This document shows positions 33,434 through 42,554 of a stretch of DNA of 64,000 nucleotides, piece by piece. Under the pieces are notes generated by a model. That model did not search any database and had not been told where the DNA came from. It saw nothing but the letters and a program-made list of their open reading frames with translations. A program made the translations under genes and the position numbers. How positions within the stretch are numbered: position 1 is the first letter of the stretch; each line of letters starts with the position of its first letter. The stretch lies in sequence record NC_048047.1; one strand, written 5' to 3'.

Positions 33434-36400
33434 ATGTCCGATTTGCTCGATTTCGCCGGAGCCCTCACGGGGCTCTATGACGGCCCGATCGCCTTCGATC
33501 TGAATGGCGAGCCGTACCCCGCCTCGGAAGCCGAGGCCATTACCGCCCAAGAAGGGCAACTCTACATCCAGGCCCTGCAACAAGACGGCACCGTGCCGTT
33601 CGTCTGGGGCATCCAGGACGAGGCCTCGCCGACCGACTGGAACGCCTGCCGCCTGAAGCCGACGGCTGTCCTGCACCAGGACGGCACGATGATCCTGTTC
33701 TGGGCCTTCGACACCCCGATGCCGGCCGAGGCCCTGGGCTGGGTCGAAGAAGCCTTCGACATGAAGCTCGACGAGCCGGTGCCGACGCCCGGCGCCAACG
33801 GCTGGGAACTCGTGCGCCTGGACGCCGAGACCTTCTACACCTTCGAGGACTTCGAACGCGCCTATGGCGACCCAGCGCCCTCGGACGGCGCGATCTATGC
33901 GGCCGTGTCCAAGGCCGACGCCGAGAAGGCCGCCCAGGCCGAGATCGAGGCGCTGGCCGCTGAAGTTCAGGCCGAGCCGCAAGCCAAGCCCAAGAAGAAG
34001 GCCGCCGCCAAAAAGAAGCCGGCCGTTAAGGTTAACGCCGAGGACGAGGCGCCGTGGGACGAGGAGCCGGTCAAGTACGGCGACGCCTTCGTGCGGTCGT
34101 CCTACGACGAGAGCAACCCGGTTCTGCATCAGGACATCATCGTCACCGTCGGCGCCAATGCCGAGACCTACAACTGGAAGCCCCAGTCCATCAAGCTTGG
34201 CCAGATGATGGCCATGCTCTGCCAGCACAAGGAGGGCAAGAAGGACGGGCTGGCCTGGGTGCTGGGCGACATGGTCGCAGGCAAGCGCGGCATCAACTCG
34301 GTCAAGACCCTGACCTCGGTCGGCCTCGACATCGACACTGGCATGAGCGGCGCGGACCTGGACAAGGCCCTGAAGAAGCTCGGCCTGATGGCAGTGCGCT
34401 ACACCACCCACAGCCACATGAAGTCCCGCACCAAGGTGCGTAAGGACATCATTCTGAACTGGATCGAGAAGAATCACGCCGGCCTCGATATCGAGGACCC
34501 CGAGACGATTCAACTCTATCTGGTCGAGGCCAAGAAGTACGAGCCCCAGGTCGTCACCGACGCTCGTATCGTCAGCTACGACCACTCCGATCGCGGCATC
34601 GAAGCCGTCATCGAGCACATGCCGATGCCCAAGCACCGGATCGTGCTGCCGATGGCCGAACCCTACGACATCGCCGAAGAGTCCAAGGGCACCTCGCAAA
34701 AGGCCGCCCTGGAAAAATGGCGTCTGATCCCCAAGGCCCTGGCCCGCGACCTGGGCGACCTGCCGATCGACAAGACCGGCAGCGATCCCAACCGCCTGTT
34801 CTATCTGCCGCGCCACGAGAAGGGCGCACCGTTCGAGATCAGCCTGTTCGGCGGCGACCTCTTCGACTGGCGCACGATGCAGCTTGTCGACAGCGGCGAA
34901 GAACTGGACAAGTTCCTGAACCAGGGCAAGTCCAAGTCGACGACGCCCGAGGGTCGTGACCTGGGCCGTTGGTCGATCAAGCGCGCCCACGGTTTCCAGA
35001 TCGCCGACATGGTGCGCAGCTTCGCGCCCGAGCGTATCCGGTCGGATACGGGGCTGAAGATCGAGATCGAGTGCCCGTTCGACGAGCATCACTCCAACCC
35101 CGGCGATCCCGAGGACCGGGCCTGCATGGCCGTCAACGCCGGCGATGGCCCGAGCGAAATCTTCACCGTCTCGTGCCGTCACGAGTCGTGCCAGGAACGC
35201 ACGAACCTGGACATGGTCGGTAAGATGATCGCCGACGGCTGGTTCGAGCGCGAGGACATCGAGAAGGAGGACTTCAACGCCGTTCTCGACGAGGACGCGG
35301 TTGAGAACGCCACGCCCCAGCAGGCCAAGCGCATCGAAGAAGCCACGCGTATCGAGATTGAGGACACCGCGCGCGAGGAGTACCAGATCAAGGCCGAGGC
35401 GATCACCTCAAAGTCGTCGGCCGGCGAGATCGAAGACGCCCTCAAGACCATCCTCGAAGCCAACCTCTCGTCCCTGGACGAAGCGCGGGCCATCGAGATG
35501 ATCCAGAAGAAGCTGGGCCTGTCCTCGCCGCGCTTCAAGGCCGAACTCAACCGCATCAAGCGCGAGATCACCGCCAGCAAGGACAAGAAGGGCCAAAAGC
35601 AGGTCAAGTTGGACGATGGCAAGCGCCTGATGTTCACCTATTCGGGCGAGATCGACTTCCACGAAGCGACCGAAGCCTGCTTTGGCATCCTGCGGGCCAA
35701 GAACGAGGAAGAGGGTCTGCCCCACTTCGCGTCCCTGGAGCACCGCCCCGTCCGTCTGACCCACTCCAAGACGGGCCGTACGCGCTACGACGAAGTCTCG
35801 TCCAAGACGCTGTGGTCGGAACTGAACAAGTACATCACCTTCGTCCGCACCACGGACGATGGCGGGTACGGCCCCCGCTCCCCGGTTCCCAAGGAAGTCG
35901 GAGATCAGGTCTACGAGACCGTCTACGAGGAAATGCCCTACGCGCCGGAGATCATCTACACCCCGATCTATGACAGCAAGGGGCGCCTGATCTCCGAACC
36001 GGGCTACTACGAAGACGAGGGCCTGCTGATCCCGTCGCTCGACTTCGAGGCGCCGAACGTCCCCGATGCCCCTACGGAAGAAGAGGTCAAGGAGGCCGTG
36101 CGCCTCCTGGCCGACGAGATGCTGATCGACTTCCCGTTCTCGGACTACGACAGCAAGGGCGTCGAGCGTCGCGAGCCGTCCAGGGCCAACGCCCTGGCCA
36201 TGATCCTGACGCCGTTCATGCGCCGGATGATCAACGGCTGCACGCCGGTCTTCTTCGTCTCCAAGCCGGTCCCCGGCACGGGCGGCACCTATCTCGGGAA
36301 GATTCCCATCCTCCTGTTCGACGGGGAAGAGGGCGCTCCGATGATCTACACGGAGAACCCGGACGAAATGGCCAAGGCCCTGCTCGCAGGCGCCCTGGCG

Positions 36401-37138
36401 GCCAAGTCCCACATGTTCTTCGACGACGTCAAGAGCTTCAACAATCGCGAGATCATGCGCGCGATCACCTCGTCCCAGGTCGGGGGTCGCGTCCTGGGCG
36501 CCTCGCGCAACATCGAAGTCGCCAACCGGTTCAACTGGATCGCGACCGGCAACAACCCGGACATCAAGCCGGAAATGGGCCGGCGCGTAGTCACCATCCG
36601 ACTGAACCTGAAGGACGAGGAGATCAACAACCGCGTCTTCAAGGGCCACCCTAACCTCCACGAGTGGCTCAAGGACAACCGCTCGCAGATCATCGGCGCC
36701 ATCCTGACGTTGATCCAGCACTGGCTGGTCAACACCAAGTCCAAGCCGTTCAAGGACCGCAAGCTCGCCTCGTTCGAGGACTGGGCCGAGAAGGTCGGCG
36801 GCGTGCTCCAGGCAGCCGGCGTCGAAGGCTTCCTCGACAATCGCAAGATGGCCGAGGCGGACATGGACGAAGCGGCGACGCGTATGTTGGTCCGTGACTG
36901 GTTCAAGAAGTATTCGGATCGCCCGGTTACGGCGAATGACCTGTTCGGTCTGGCCGAAGACAACAGTAACGATTTGATCGACGGCAACCCTGAAGACAAG
37001 CGTACGCGCAACAAGTTCTTCAAGCACCTCAATCACATCGAAAACCGCGTTTTCATCATCGGCGCCGCGCGCGTTGTGGTCATCAAGACCATCGACGAGC
37101 AGTTGCAGCCGGTCTTCATCCTGCAAATCCAGGACTAA
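33434..37138 (+). CDS. Large primase/helicase-like replication protein
   Basis: N-terminal primase-like regions ('LDID', 'RYTTHSH', 'HRIVLP', 'RLFYLP'), Zn-binding 'CPFDEHH...C...C.H..C', C-terminal P-loop-like 'PGTGGT...FFDD...ATGNN'. Confidence 0.7.
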   Translation: MSDLLDFAGALTGLYDGPIAFDLNGEPYPASEAEAITAQEGQLYIQALQQDGTVPFVWGIQDEASPTDWNACRLKPTAVLHQDGTMILFWAFDTPMPAEALGWVEEAFDMKLDEPVPTPGANGWELVRLDAETFYTFEDFERAYGDPAPSDGAIYAAVSKADAEKAAQAEIEALAAEVQAEPQAKPKKKAAAKKKPAVKVNAEDEAPWDEEPVKYGDAFVRSSYDESNPVLHQDIIVTVGANAETYNWKPQSIKLGQMMAMLCQHKEGKKDGLAWVLGDMVAGKRGINSVKTLTSVGLDIDTGMSGADLDKALKKLGLMAVRYTTHSHMKSRTKVRKDIILNWIEKNHAGLDIEDPETIQLYLVEAKKYEPQVVTDARIVSYDHSDRGIEAVIEHMPMPKHRIVLPMAEPYDIAEESKGTSQKAALEKWRLIPKALARDLGDLPIDKTGSDPNRLFYLPRHEKGAPFEISLFGGDLFDWRTMQLVDSGEELDKFLNQGKSKSTTPEGRDLGRWSIKRAHGFQIADMVRSFAPERIRSDTGLKIEIECPFDEHHSNPGDPEDRACMAVNAGDGPSEIFTVSCRHESCQERTNLDMVGKMIADGWFEREDIEKEDFNAVLDEDAVENATPQQAKRIEEATRIEIEDTAREEYQIKAEAITSKSSAGEIEDALKTILEANLSSLDEARAIEMIQKKLGLSSPRFKAELNRIKREITASKDKKGQKQVKLDDGKRLMFTYSGEIDFHEATEACFGILRAKNEEEGLPHFASLEHRPVRLTHSKTGRTRYDEVSSKTLWSELNKYITFVRTTDDGGYGPRSPVPKEVGDQVYETVYEEMPYAPEIIYTPIYDSKGRLISEPGYYEDEGLLIPSLDFEAPNVPDAPTEEEVKEAVRLLADEMLIDFPFSDYDSKGVERREPSRANALAMILTPFMRRMINGCTPVFFVSKPVPGTGGTYLGKIPILLFDGEEGAPMIYTENPDEMAKALLAGALAAKSHMFFDDVKSFNNREIMRAITSSQVGGRVLGASRNIEVANRFNWIATGNNPDIKPEMGRRVVTIRLNLKDEEINNRVFKGHPNLHEWLKDNRSQIIGAILTLIQHWLVNTKSKPFKDRKLASFEDWAEKVGGVLQAAGVEGFLDNRKMAEADMDEAATRMLVRDWFKKYSDRPVTANDLFGLAEDNSNDLIDGNPEDKRTRNKFFKHLNHIENRVFIIGAARVVVIKTIDEQLQPVFILQIQD

Positions 37139-37144
37139 ACCTAC

Positions 37145-38308
37145 ATGTCCACTTTCCCGCTGATCGAGCATATCGATCAGCTTCTCCCGGCCCTTACGGG
37201 TCGGGAGGAGTTTGTTGTGGCCAAAAAGGACGGCTACACGGTCATCGACTACCGCTACGTCCTGGCCGACAGCTTCGACGAGCCGCTGCGCCGCGAGTGC
37301 CGGGGCATCAAGTTCGACGAAGAGGGCGTGATCATCGCCCGCCCGCTGCACAAGTTCTTCAATTGGGGTGAAAAGCCCGAGACGGGGTTGCAGCAGGTCG
37401 ACTTCGGCAAGCCTCATGTCGTCATGGAGAAGATGGACGGATCGATGATCCATCCGGCCTTCGTCAAGGACAGACTGGTCTTCATGACCCGCATGGGCCG
37501 CACCGACGTGGCCCTGGAAGCCGAACGGTTGTTCCTGGAAGGCAACGACTATCTTCGCCAGGGCCTGATCGAGAGCCTCGTCAGCGGCTTCACTCCGGTG
37601 TTCGAGTACATCGGCCCGGACAACCGCATCGTCGAGGCCTACGACCAGCCTGAACTGGTCTTGCTCCAGGCGCGCGACATCGCCAACGGCGACTACCTGT
37701 CCTTGGACGCCTTGCAGGTCCTGTCCATCGAATACGGCGTGCGCGTCGCTCCGACCTATCCGGCCTTCTCCAGGCACGAGGATGTCCTGGCAGTCCACAG
37801 CCGCGCCGAGGGCGGTGAGGGCGTGGTGCTGGTGTTCGAGGACGGTCTGTTCGTCAAGATCAAGACCGACGAGTATCGGCGCCTGCATCGGATCAAGGAC
37901 GACGTCAGCCGTGAGCACGATCTGGCCCGCCTGATCCTGGACGGCCAGATCGACGACGCCCTGCCGTTGTTCGACGAGCGCACCCGCGCCCAGGTCGAAG
38001 CCTTCGCTGGAACCCTGATGTCGGCCTATGCCGGCCTGGGCGATTGCGTCCAGACCTTGGTCACGGCCGGCCAGGACGTCGACCAGAAGACCTTCGCCAC
38101 CGTCACCTTGAAGGATGCGCCCCATGGCGTGCGTTCGTGCGCCTTCAGCCTGCGCAAGGATAAGACCGTTGGCGCCGGCAAGGTGGTCCACGACTTCCTG
38201 ATCGCCCACACCAAGGACGCCAAGGCGTTCGACTCGGTGCGCGACATGCTGGGCGGCGTGCGCTTCGAGGGCAAGGTCGCCCGCATGGAGGCCGGCTGCC
38301 CATGCTGA
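37145..38308 (+). CDS. RNA ligase, T4 Rnl1-like
   Basis: 'RECRGIKF', 'HKFFN', 'EKMDGS', 'FEYIG', 'EGVV', 'VKIK'. Confidence 0.88.
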   Translation: MSTFPLIEHIDQLLPALTGREEFVVAKKDGYTVIDYRYVLADSFDEPLRRECRGIKFDEEGVIIARPLHKFFNWGEKPETGLQQVDFGKPHVVMEKMDGSMIHPAFVKDRLVFMTRMGRTDVALEAERLFLEGNDYLRQGLIESLVSGFTPVFEYIGPDNRIVEAYDQPELVLLQARDIANGDYLSLDALQVLSIEYGVRVAPTYPAFSRHEDVLAVHSRAEGGEGVVLVFEDGLFVKIKTDEYRRLHRIKDDVSREHDLARLILDGQIDDALPLFDERTRAQVEAFAGTLMSAYAGLGDCVQTLVTAGQDVDQKTFATVTLKDAPHGVRSCAFSLRKDKTVGAGKVVHDFLIAHTKDAKAFDSVRDMLGGVRFEGKVARMEAGCPC

Positions 38309-38757
38309 TGGTCATCACGGGACCTCGGGTCAAGATCACCAAGACACAGGTCCACACGGTCCTGGACGCGGTGTTCCCCGACCCGCCGGCGATCACCCTG
38401 ATTTCCGGTCGGGCGAAAGGTGCGGATCAGTTTGGTGAGCTTTGGGCGCAGGCCCGAGGCGCCGGGTTGATCCGCGTCCCGATCGACCACGCCTATGATG
38501 GCCACGACCCCTACGCCGCGCCCAAGAACCGAAACCAGCGGATGGTCGACATGAAGCCTAGGCTTTGTGTCGGCTTCCCCGGCCACAACGGCACCAACGA
38601 CATGCTGGCCCGCTGCCACAAGGCCGGCATGACCGTCTGGGAAGTCGAGTTCGACGACGCGGGCAACTACTCGGTCTGGCAATGGCCAAACCGAGACGAA
38701 CCCAAGGCCCGGCTCATTGCCGCTGGCTCTCTCCAACCGACCGAGACGACACCATGA
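38302..38757 (+). CDS. SLOG-superfamily (YspA/DUF2493-like) protein
   Basis: 'VITGPR', 'ISGRAKGAD', 'RNQRMVD', 'FPG..GT..M'. Confidence 0.7.
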   Translation: MLMVITGPRVKITKTQVHTVLDAVFPDPPAITLISGRAKGADQFGELWAQARGAGLIRVPIDHAYDGHDPYAAPKNRNQRMVDMKPRLCVGFPGHNGTNDMLARCHKAGMTVWEVEFDDAGNYSVWQWPNRDEPKARLIAAGSLQPTETTP

Positions 38758-39938
38758 CCACCGACACCCTCATCGTGGGGCCGCCGCTCTACAAGTTCGA
38801 CAGCAAGGGCAAGCTTCGCGTCTGGCGCATGGAGCAGGAAGGCTCCAAGCACCGCACCGTCGCGGGCCTGGACGGCGGCGCCCTGACCACCAGCGAGTGG
38901 ACCCAATGCGTGGGCAAGCAGAAGCGCTCCGACGAGGAGCAGGCTGCCTTCGAGATCGCTTCGGGCTACGAGTACCAGTTGAAGCGCGAATACTTCGAGA
39001 CGCCCGAGGCGGCGGCCGGCGAAGCGCGCTTCTTCAAGCCGATGCTGGCGCAGAAATGGAGCGATCTGGGCTGGGAAGGCGCCCAGAAGCGTCTGAAGAA
39101 GTCCGGCTGGACGCCGCGCTTTGACGGCGATACCGGCGTCTACGCCCAACCCAAGCTCGACGGCTTCTGCTGCATCGCCCAGAAGACCGGCCTGACCTCG
39201 CGCGAGGGCCAGCCGATTGTCGCCGTGCCGCATATCATGGAAGCCCTGGCCGGCTTCTTCGAGGAATATCCCGACGCGGTCCTGCATGGCGAACTCTACA
39301 ACCACGTCTTCAAGGACGACTTCGAGACCCTGGTCTCGATCCTGAAGAAGCAGAAGAACATCTCCGAGGAGCAGTATGCCCTCGCCCGCGAGATGGCACA
39401 GTTCCATCTCTACGACTATGCCGCCCCGCATGTGCGCGACGATCGCTACCCGGACCGCTACGAGGCCCTGGTCGAGCAGACCGCCGAGCACGTCGAGTTG
39501 GCCGACGGCATCCTGCACATCGTGCCGCTGGAGCCGATCACCAGCGCCGAACACCTGGAGCAGCACCGCTCCGAGCAAGTCGACCTGGGCTATGAGGGCC
39601 AAATGCCTAAGCTTGATCTCTGCGGCTATGAGCAGAAGCGCTCCTGGAGCGTCCTGAAGAACAAGGTCTTCGACGACGGCGAGTTCGAGGTCGTCGACAT
39701 CATCGAGGGCAAGGGCAACTACAGCGGCTACGCCAAGCGCGTCACCTGCCGCCTGCCCGACGGCCGCACCTTCGGCGCCGGTATCAAGGGCGGCCAGTCG
39801 AAGTTCAACAAGGACCTGCTGGGCGAGGCCGGCCAGGAGCAGAAGGTGGTGACCATCACCCACTTCGGCTGGACTGGCGAAGGCATCCCCCGCATGGGCG
39901 TGGCCACCAAGTGGCACGGCGCCGAACGCACCCTTTAA
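38754..39938 (+). CDS. ATP-dependent DNA ligase
   Basis: 'PMLA', 'QPKLDG', 'HGELY', 'YEGQM', 'KNK', OB-fold C-terminus 'GIPR'. Confidence 0.9.
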   Translation: MTTDTLIVGPPLYKFDSKGKLRVWRMEQEGSKHRTVAGLDGGALTTSEWTQCVGKQKRSDEEQAAFEIASGYEYQLKREYFETPEAAAGEARFFKPMLAQKWSDLGWEGAQKRLKKSGWTPRFDGDTGVYAQPKLDGFCCIAQKTGLTSREGQPIVAVPHIMEALAGFFEEYPDAVLHGELYNHVFKDDFETLVSILKKQKNISEEQYALAREMAQFHLYDYAAPHVRDDRYPDRYEALVEQTAEHVELADGILHIVPLEPITSAEHLEQHRSEQVDLGYEGQMPKLDLCGYEQKRSWSVLKNKVFDDGEFEVVDIIEGKGNYSGYAKRVTCRLPDGRTFGAGIKGGQSKFNKDLLGEAGQEQKVVTITHFGWTGEGIPRMGVATKWHGAERTL

Positions 39939-39949
39939 GGAGCACCACC

Positions 39950-40324
39950 ATGGGTTACGACTACGCCTACAGCGGCACCATCACGATCACCCCCGAAGTC
40001 TCGATGAAGAAGGCCAAGGAGGTCAACCGCTATAAGGACGGCCACAACGATCGCTACGCTCCCCAGCAGTGGTGCGGGCTGGAGATCAACGAGGACGGCG
40101 AACTGGAATACACCGCCGGAGAGGGCCAATGCGAAGTGGCCGCCTGGATCGGTTACTTCCTCGACGGTCCGCTCAAGGGCTACACCCTCAACGGAACGAT
40201 CACCGAGACCTGTGGTGATTTCCAGTCCCAGACCGACATCGAGGTCGAGAACAACGTCATCTACACCATCGACTACGAAATGCAGCCTGGACCCAGGGTC
40301 CGCTACCCGCCCGAGCCGGTCTAG
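39950..40324 (+). CDS. Hypothetical protein
   Basis: TAAGGAG RBS. Confidence 0.7.
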   Translation: MGYDYAYSGTITITPEVSMKKAKEVNRYKDGHNDRYAPQQWCGLEINEDGELEYTAGEGQCEVAAWIGYFLDGPLKGYTLNGTITETCGDFQSQTDIEVENNVIYTIDYEMQPGPRVRYPPEPV

Positions 40325-40332
40325 CATCCACA

Positions 40333-40368
40333 AGAAAGGCCCCAGGATCGCTCCTGGGGCCTTCTTTG
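40333..40368. terminator. Bidirectional terminator at the main strand switch
   Basis: AAGAAAGGCCCCAGGA-tcgc-TCCTGGGGCCTTCTTT between convergent gene blocks. Confidence 0.75.
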
Positions 40369-40391
40369 TATCCTGCCGCTGGGTCGCTAGC

Positions 40392-40595
40392 CTACGCCTT
40401 CCTAGCCGCCTCCTGGGCGGCGTTCCAGCCCTTGCCCCAAGAGACTGCCTTGGCGTGTTCGTCGAGGGCGCCAAACAATCGATAGGGCCGAGCCGCCGAG
40501 GCGTCGTCAACCGACGTGACTCCGCGCTCGTAGCAGGCCTTACCTTCGTCGAAGCAGTCCTGATGGAAAGGCAGACTTTTCGTCCGTCGCGCCAT
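40392..40595 (-). CDS. Hypothetical protein
   Basis: TAATG coupling to upstream stop. Confidence 0.55.
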   Translation of the reverse strand: MARRTKSLPFHQDCFDEGKACYERGVTSVDDASAARPYRLFGALDEHAKAVSWGKGWNAAQEAARKA

Positions 40596-40960
40596 TAGGC
40601 GGCCTGCTTGGCTTCAGCCTTGGCCGCGTTTGACGCGCGGCGCTTGGCGCGGGCGACCGCTTCCTTGTCGCCGTTGGCCACCAGAACCGCCTCGCGGATC
40701 AGATCGGCGGCGGCCTGCGACTCGAAGCTCCCTGCCTCAGGCATGCCCGGCAGGTTCAGGATGTCGGCGAAGTTCGCCAGCTTGTCGATCACCGCCGGCC
40801 GGATGCGCTCGACCAGGGTCGGCGACATGGCGCGGGTGCCCGAGATGATCCGCGAGATCAGGCCCTTGTTGAGGTTGGTCGCGGCGGCGACTTCGGTCTG
40901 CCACATCTGCGCCCAGGCGCGCTGGCCGATTTCTTTCAGTTGCAGAGGCGTCATCATCAT
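40595..40960 (-). CDS. HTH DNA-binding protein
   Basis: 'WQTEVAAATNLNKGLISRIISG' HTH-like; AGGAG RBS. Confidence 0.6.
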   Translation of the reverse strand: MMMTPLQLKEIGQRAWAQMWQTEVAAATNLNKGLISRIISGTRAMSPTLVERIRPAVIDKLANFADILNLPGMPEAGSFESQAAADLIREAVLVANGDKEAVARAKRRASNAAKAEAKQAA

Positions 40961-40974
40961 TCGAGGTCTCCTTC

Positions 40975-41565
40975 TTAGGCGGCGAGGTTGCGGCGGATCA
41001 GGTCGGCGTGTTGGAAGAGGTTCGGCGGCTCAGACTGGCTACGATCCTTCCAGGCGTTGGAGGTCGAGCCAACCTGGACCATGACGCCTTCACCCCAACG
41101 TTCGGCCATCGCAAAGAGTTCACGACCCAAATCTGTGGGGTAGTAGCGGGCCGTGTAACCCTGCCAACCCAGGTGGGTGGCCTTGGAGCGAACGGCTTGG
41201 TTCTTGACCAGACTGGCGATCACCGACCGCACCTTTTCGGGTGGCAAGCAGGCGATCTCGGCGATGTCGCTGATCGAGGCGCCTGGATCGATCTCGCCCT
41301 TGGTGCGTCGGATCAGGTTGGCGCGGATCAGGGCGCGGAAGACAGGCACATGGGCGATCGTGACTTTAGCCACGCCCCAGGGCGCCCGGATCAGGAGGAA
41401 CTCGCGCCGCGCGCGGTCGCCGGCGGCCTGGACGCGCGCCATCCGGCCACCGATCGGCTCCTGGATCACCTCGTCGAGGCTTTTCGCAGGAACCCTGGCG
41501 CGGGAGGGACGATCGGTAACGACCTCGTGGGCGCCGTCGTCGAGAAGGTATGCGTCGGTGTTCAT
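40975..41565 (-). CDS. Winged-helix-like DNA-binding protein
   Basis: 'SISDIAEIACLPPEKVRSVIASLVKNQAV...Y.PTDLG' wHTH pattern. Confidence 0.5.
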   Translation of the reverse strand: MNTDAYLLDDGAHEVVTDRPSRARVPAKSLDEVIQEPIGGRMARVQAAGDRARREFLLIRAPWGVAKVTIAHVPVFRALIRANLIRRTKGEIDPGASISDIAEIACLPPEKVRSVIASLVKNQAVRSKATHLGWQGYTARYYPTDLGRELFAMAERWGEGVMVQVGSTSNAWKDRSQSEPPNLFQHADLIRRNLAA

Positions 41566-41613
41566 AGCGCCCTTTTAGACGGCATGGGACTGGATGTCAA
41601 CAGGTTTCTTGCT

Positions 41614-41748
41614 CAGGTCAACCAAATTATCAGGGGCGGTTTGCCGGGTCGCCGGACGACCTTGACGAGCCCCGCATCGATCGCGTCCGCATAGAGGACC
41701 TCGGGAGGCGGGATTTGGTGCTTGGGGTTCTTGCGTGGAGGGGGCACA
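41614..41748 (-). CDS. Small hypothetical protein (44 aa), absent from the ORF track
   Basis: Manual translation MPPPRKNPKHQIPPPEVLYADAIDAGLVKVVRRPGKPPLIIWLT. Confidence 0.35.
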
Positions 41749-41750
41749 GG

Positions 41751-41833
41751 AGGCCTTTTATAAGCTATAAAGACAAAACCCTGGGATCAGTTAAAATCCC
41801 AGGGAAATCAGAGTGTTTGATCTTTATAGGCCT
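41751..41833. repeat. AT-rich nested inverted repeat
   Basis: AGGCCT..CTATAAAGA..CCCTGGGAT-cagttaaa-ATCCCAGGG..TCTTTATAG-GCCT. Confidence 0.75.
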
Positions 41834-41849
41834 ACCGCTCTCGAAGGCT

Positions 41850-42359
41850 TCACGCCTGAAGCTTCATCTGCTGGATGTGGAAGTCGTAATGCCCCGTCAA
41901 CCCCTCGGCGGCGATCTCCGCCTTCTCCTTGGCCATGCCGTTCTCGGCCTCGGCGCGGTTGATGTAGATCGAGTCGACGGTCAGGCAGTCATTGGCCCGG
42001 TCGTATTCGATCAGGGCGTAGACGATCCCGTCTTCGGCGATGTCGCCGGCAATATGGTTCTGGTAGAACTCGAAGATGCTGTCGCGATCACACGCCGCCT
42101 CGAAGGCCTCGGCGGCCTCATAGGAGCGGAAAGGGTCGTGGATCGTCATCACCCTGTCGCCATCATTGGTGATCTCGATCGGCACCCAGCACGACGTCTC
42201 CGGGCGCTGGATGCGATCATAGGAGACCCGATGCCCCAGGCGGTTGAGGATCATGTCGGCGACGACTTCGGGACCTCCATTGCCCATATAGCGGGGACTG
42301 TCGGCCGCCTCTTCGTAGAGGATTTCGATGATGGCGTCGCGGGCTTCGTCACGAGTCAC
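41850..42359 (-). CDS. Hypothetical acidic protein
   Basis: Phage-like codons. Confidence 0.6.
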   Translation of the reverse strand: MTRDEARDAIIEILYEEAADSPRYMGNGGPEVVADMILNRLGHRVSYDRIQRPETSCWVPIEITNDGDRVMTIHDPFRSYEAAEAFEAACDRDSIFEFYQNHIAGDIAEDGIVYALIEYDRANDCLTVDSIYINRAEAENGMAKEKAEIAAEGLTGHYDFHIQQMKLQA

Positions 42360-42552
42360 GGGGCACCTCGTCTATAATGCGGGCAGAGCCGAGCGCCAGA
42401 TCGCAGTGGGCGACGATCTGGCGGCGTCGCACGGTGTTGGGGGTGAGGCCGTCCGAAGCGGCGACCAGTTCCACCTCGTCTCGCGCATCTCGCAGCGCGT
42501 GTCGAAGCTGATTGATCACCGTCTCGTACTGGACGCTGGTTAGGACGGCCAA
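42349..42552 (-). CDS. Hypothetical protein
   Basis: Operonic spacing. Confidence 0.5.
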   Translation of the reverse strand: MAVLTSVQYETVINQLRHALRDARDEVELVAASDGLTPNTVRRRQIVAHCDLALGSARIIDEVPRDS

Positions 42553-42554
42553 GG

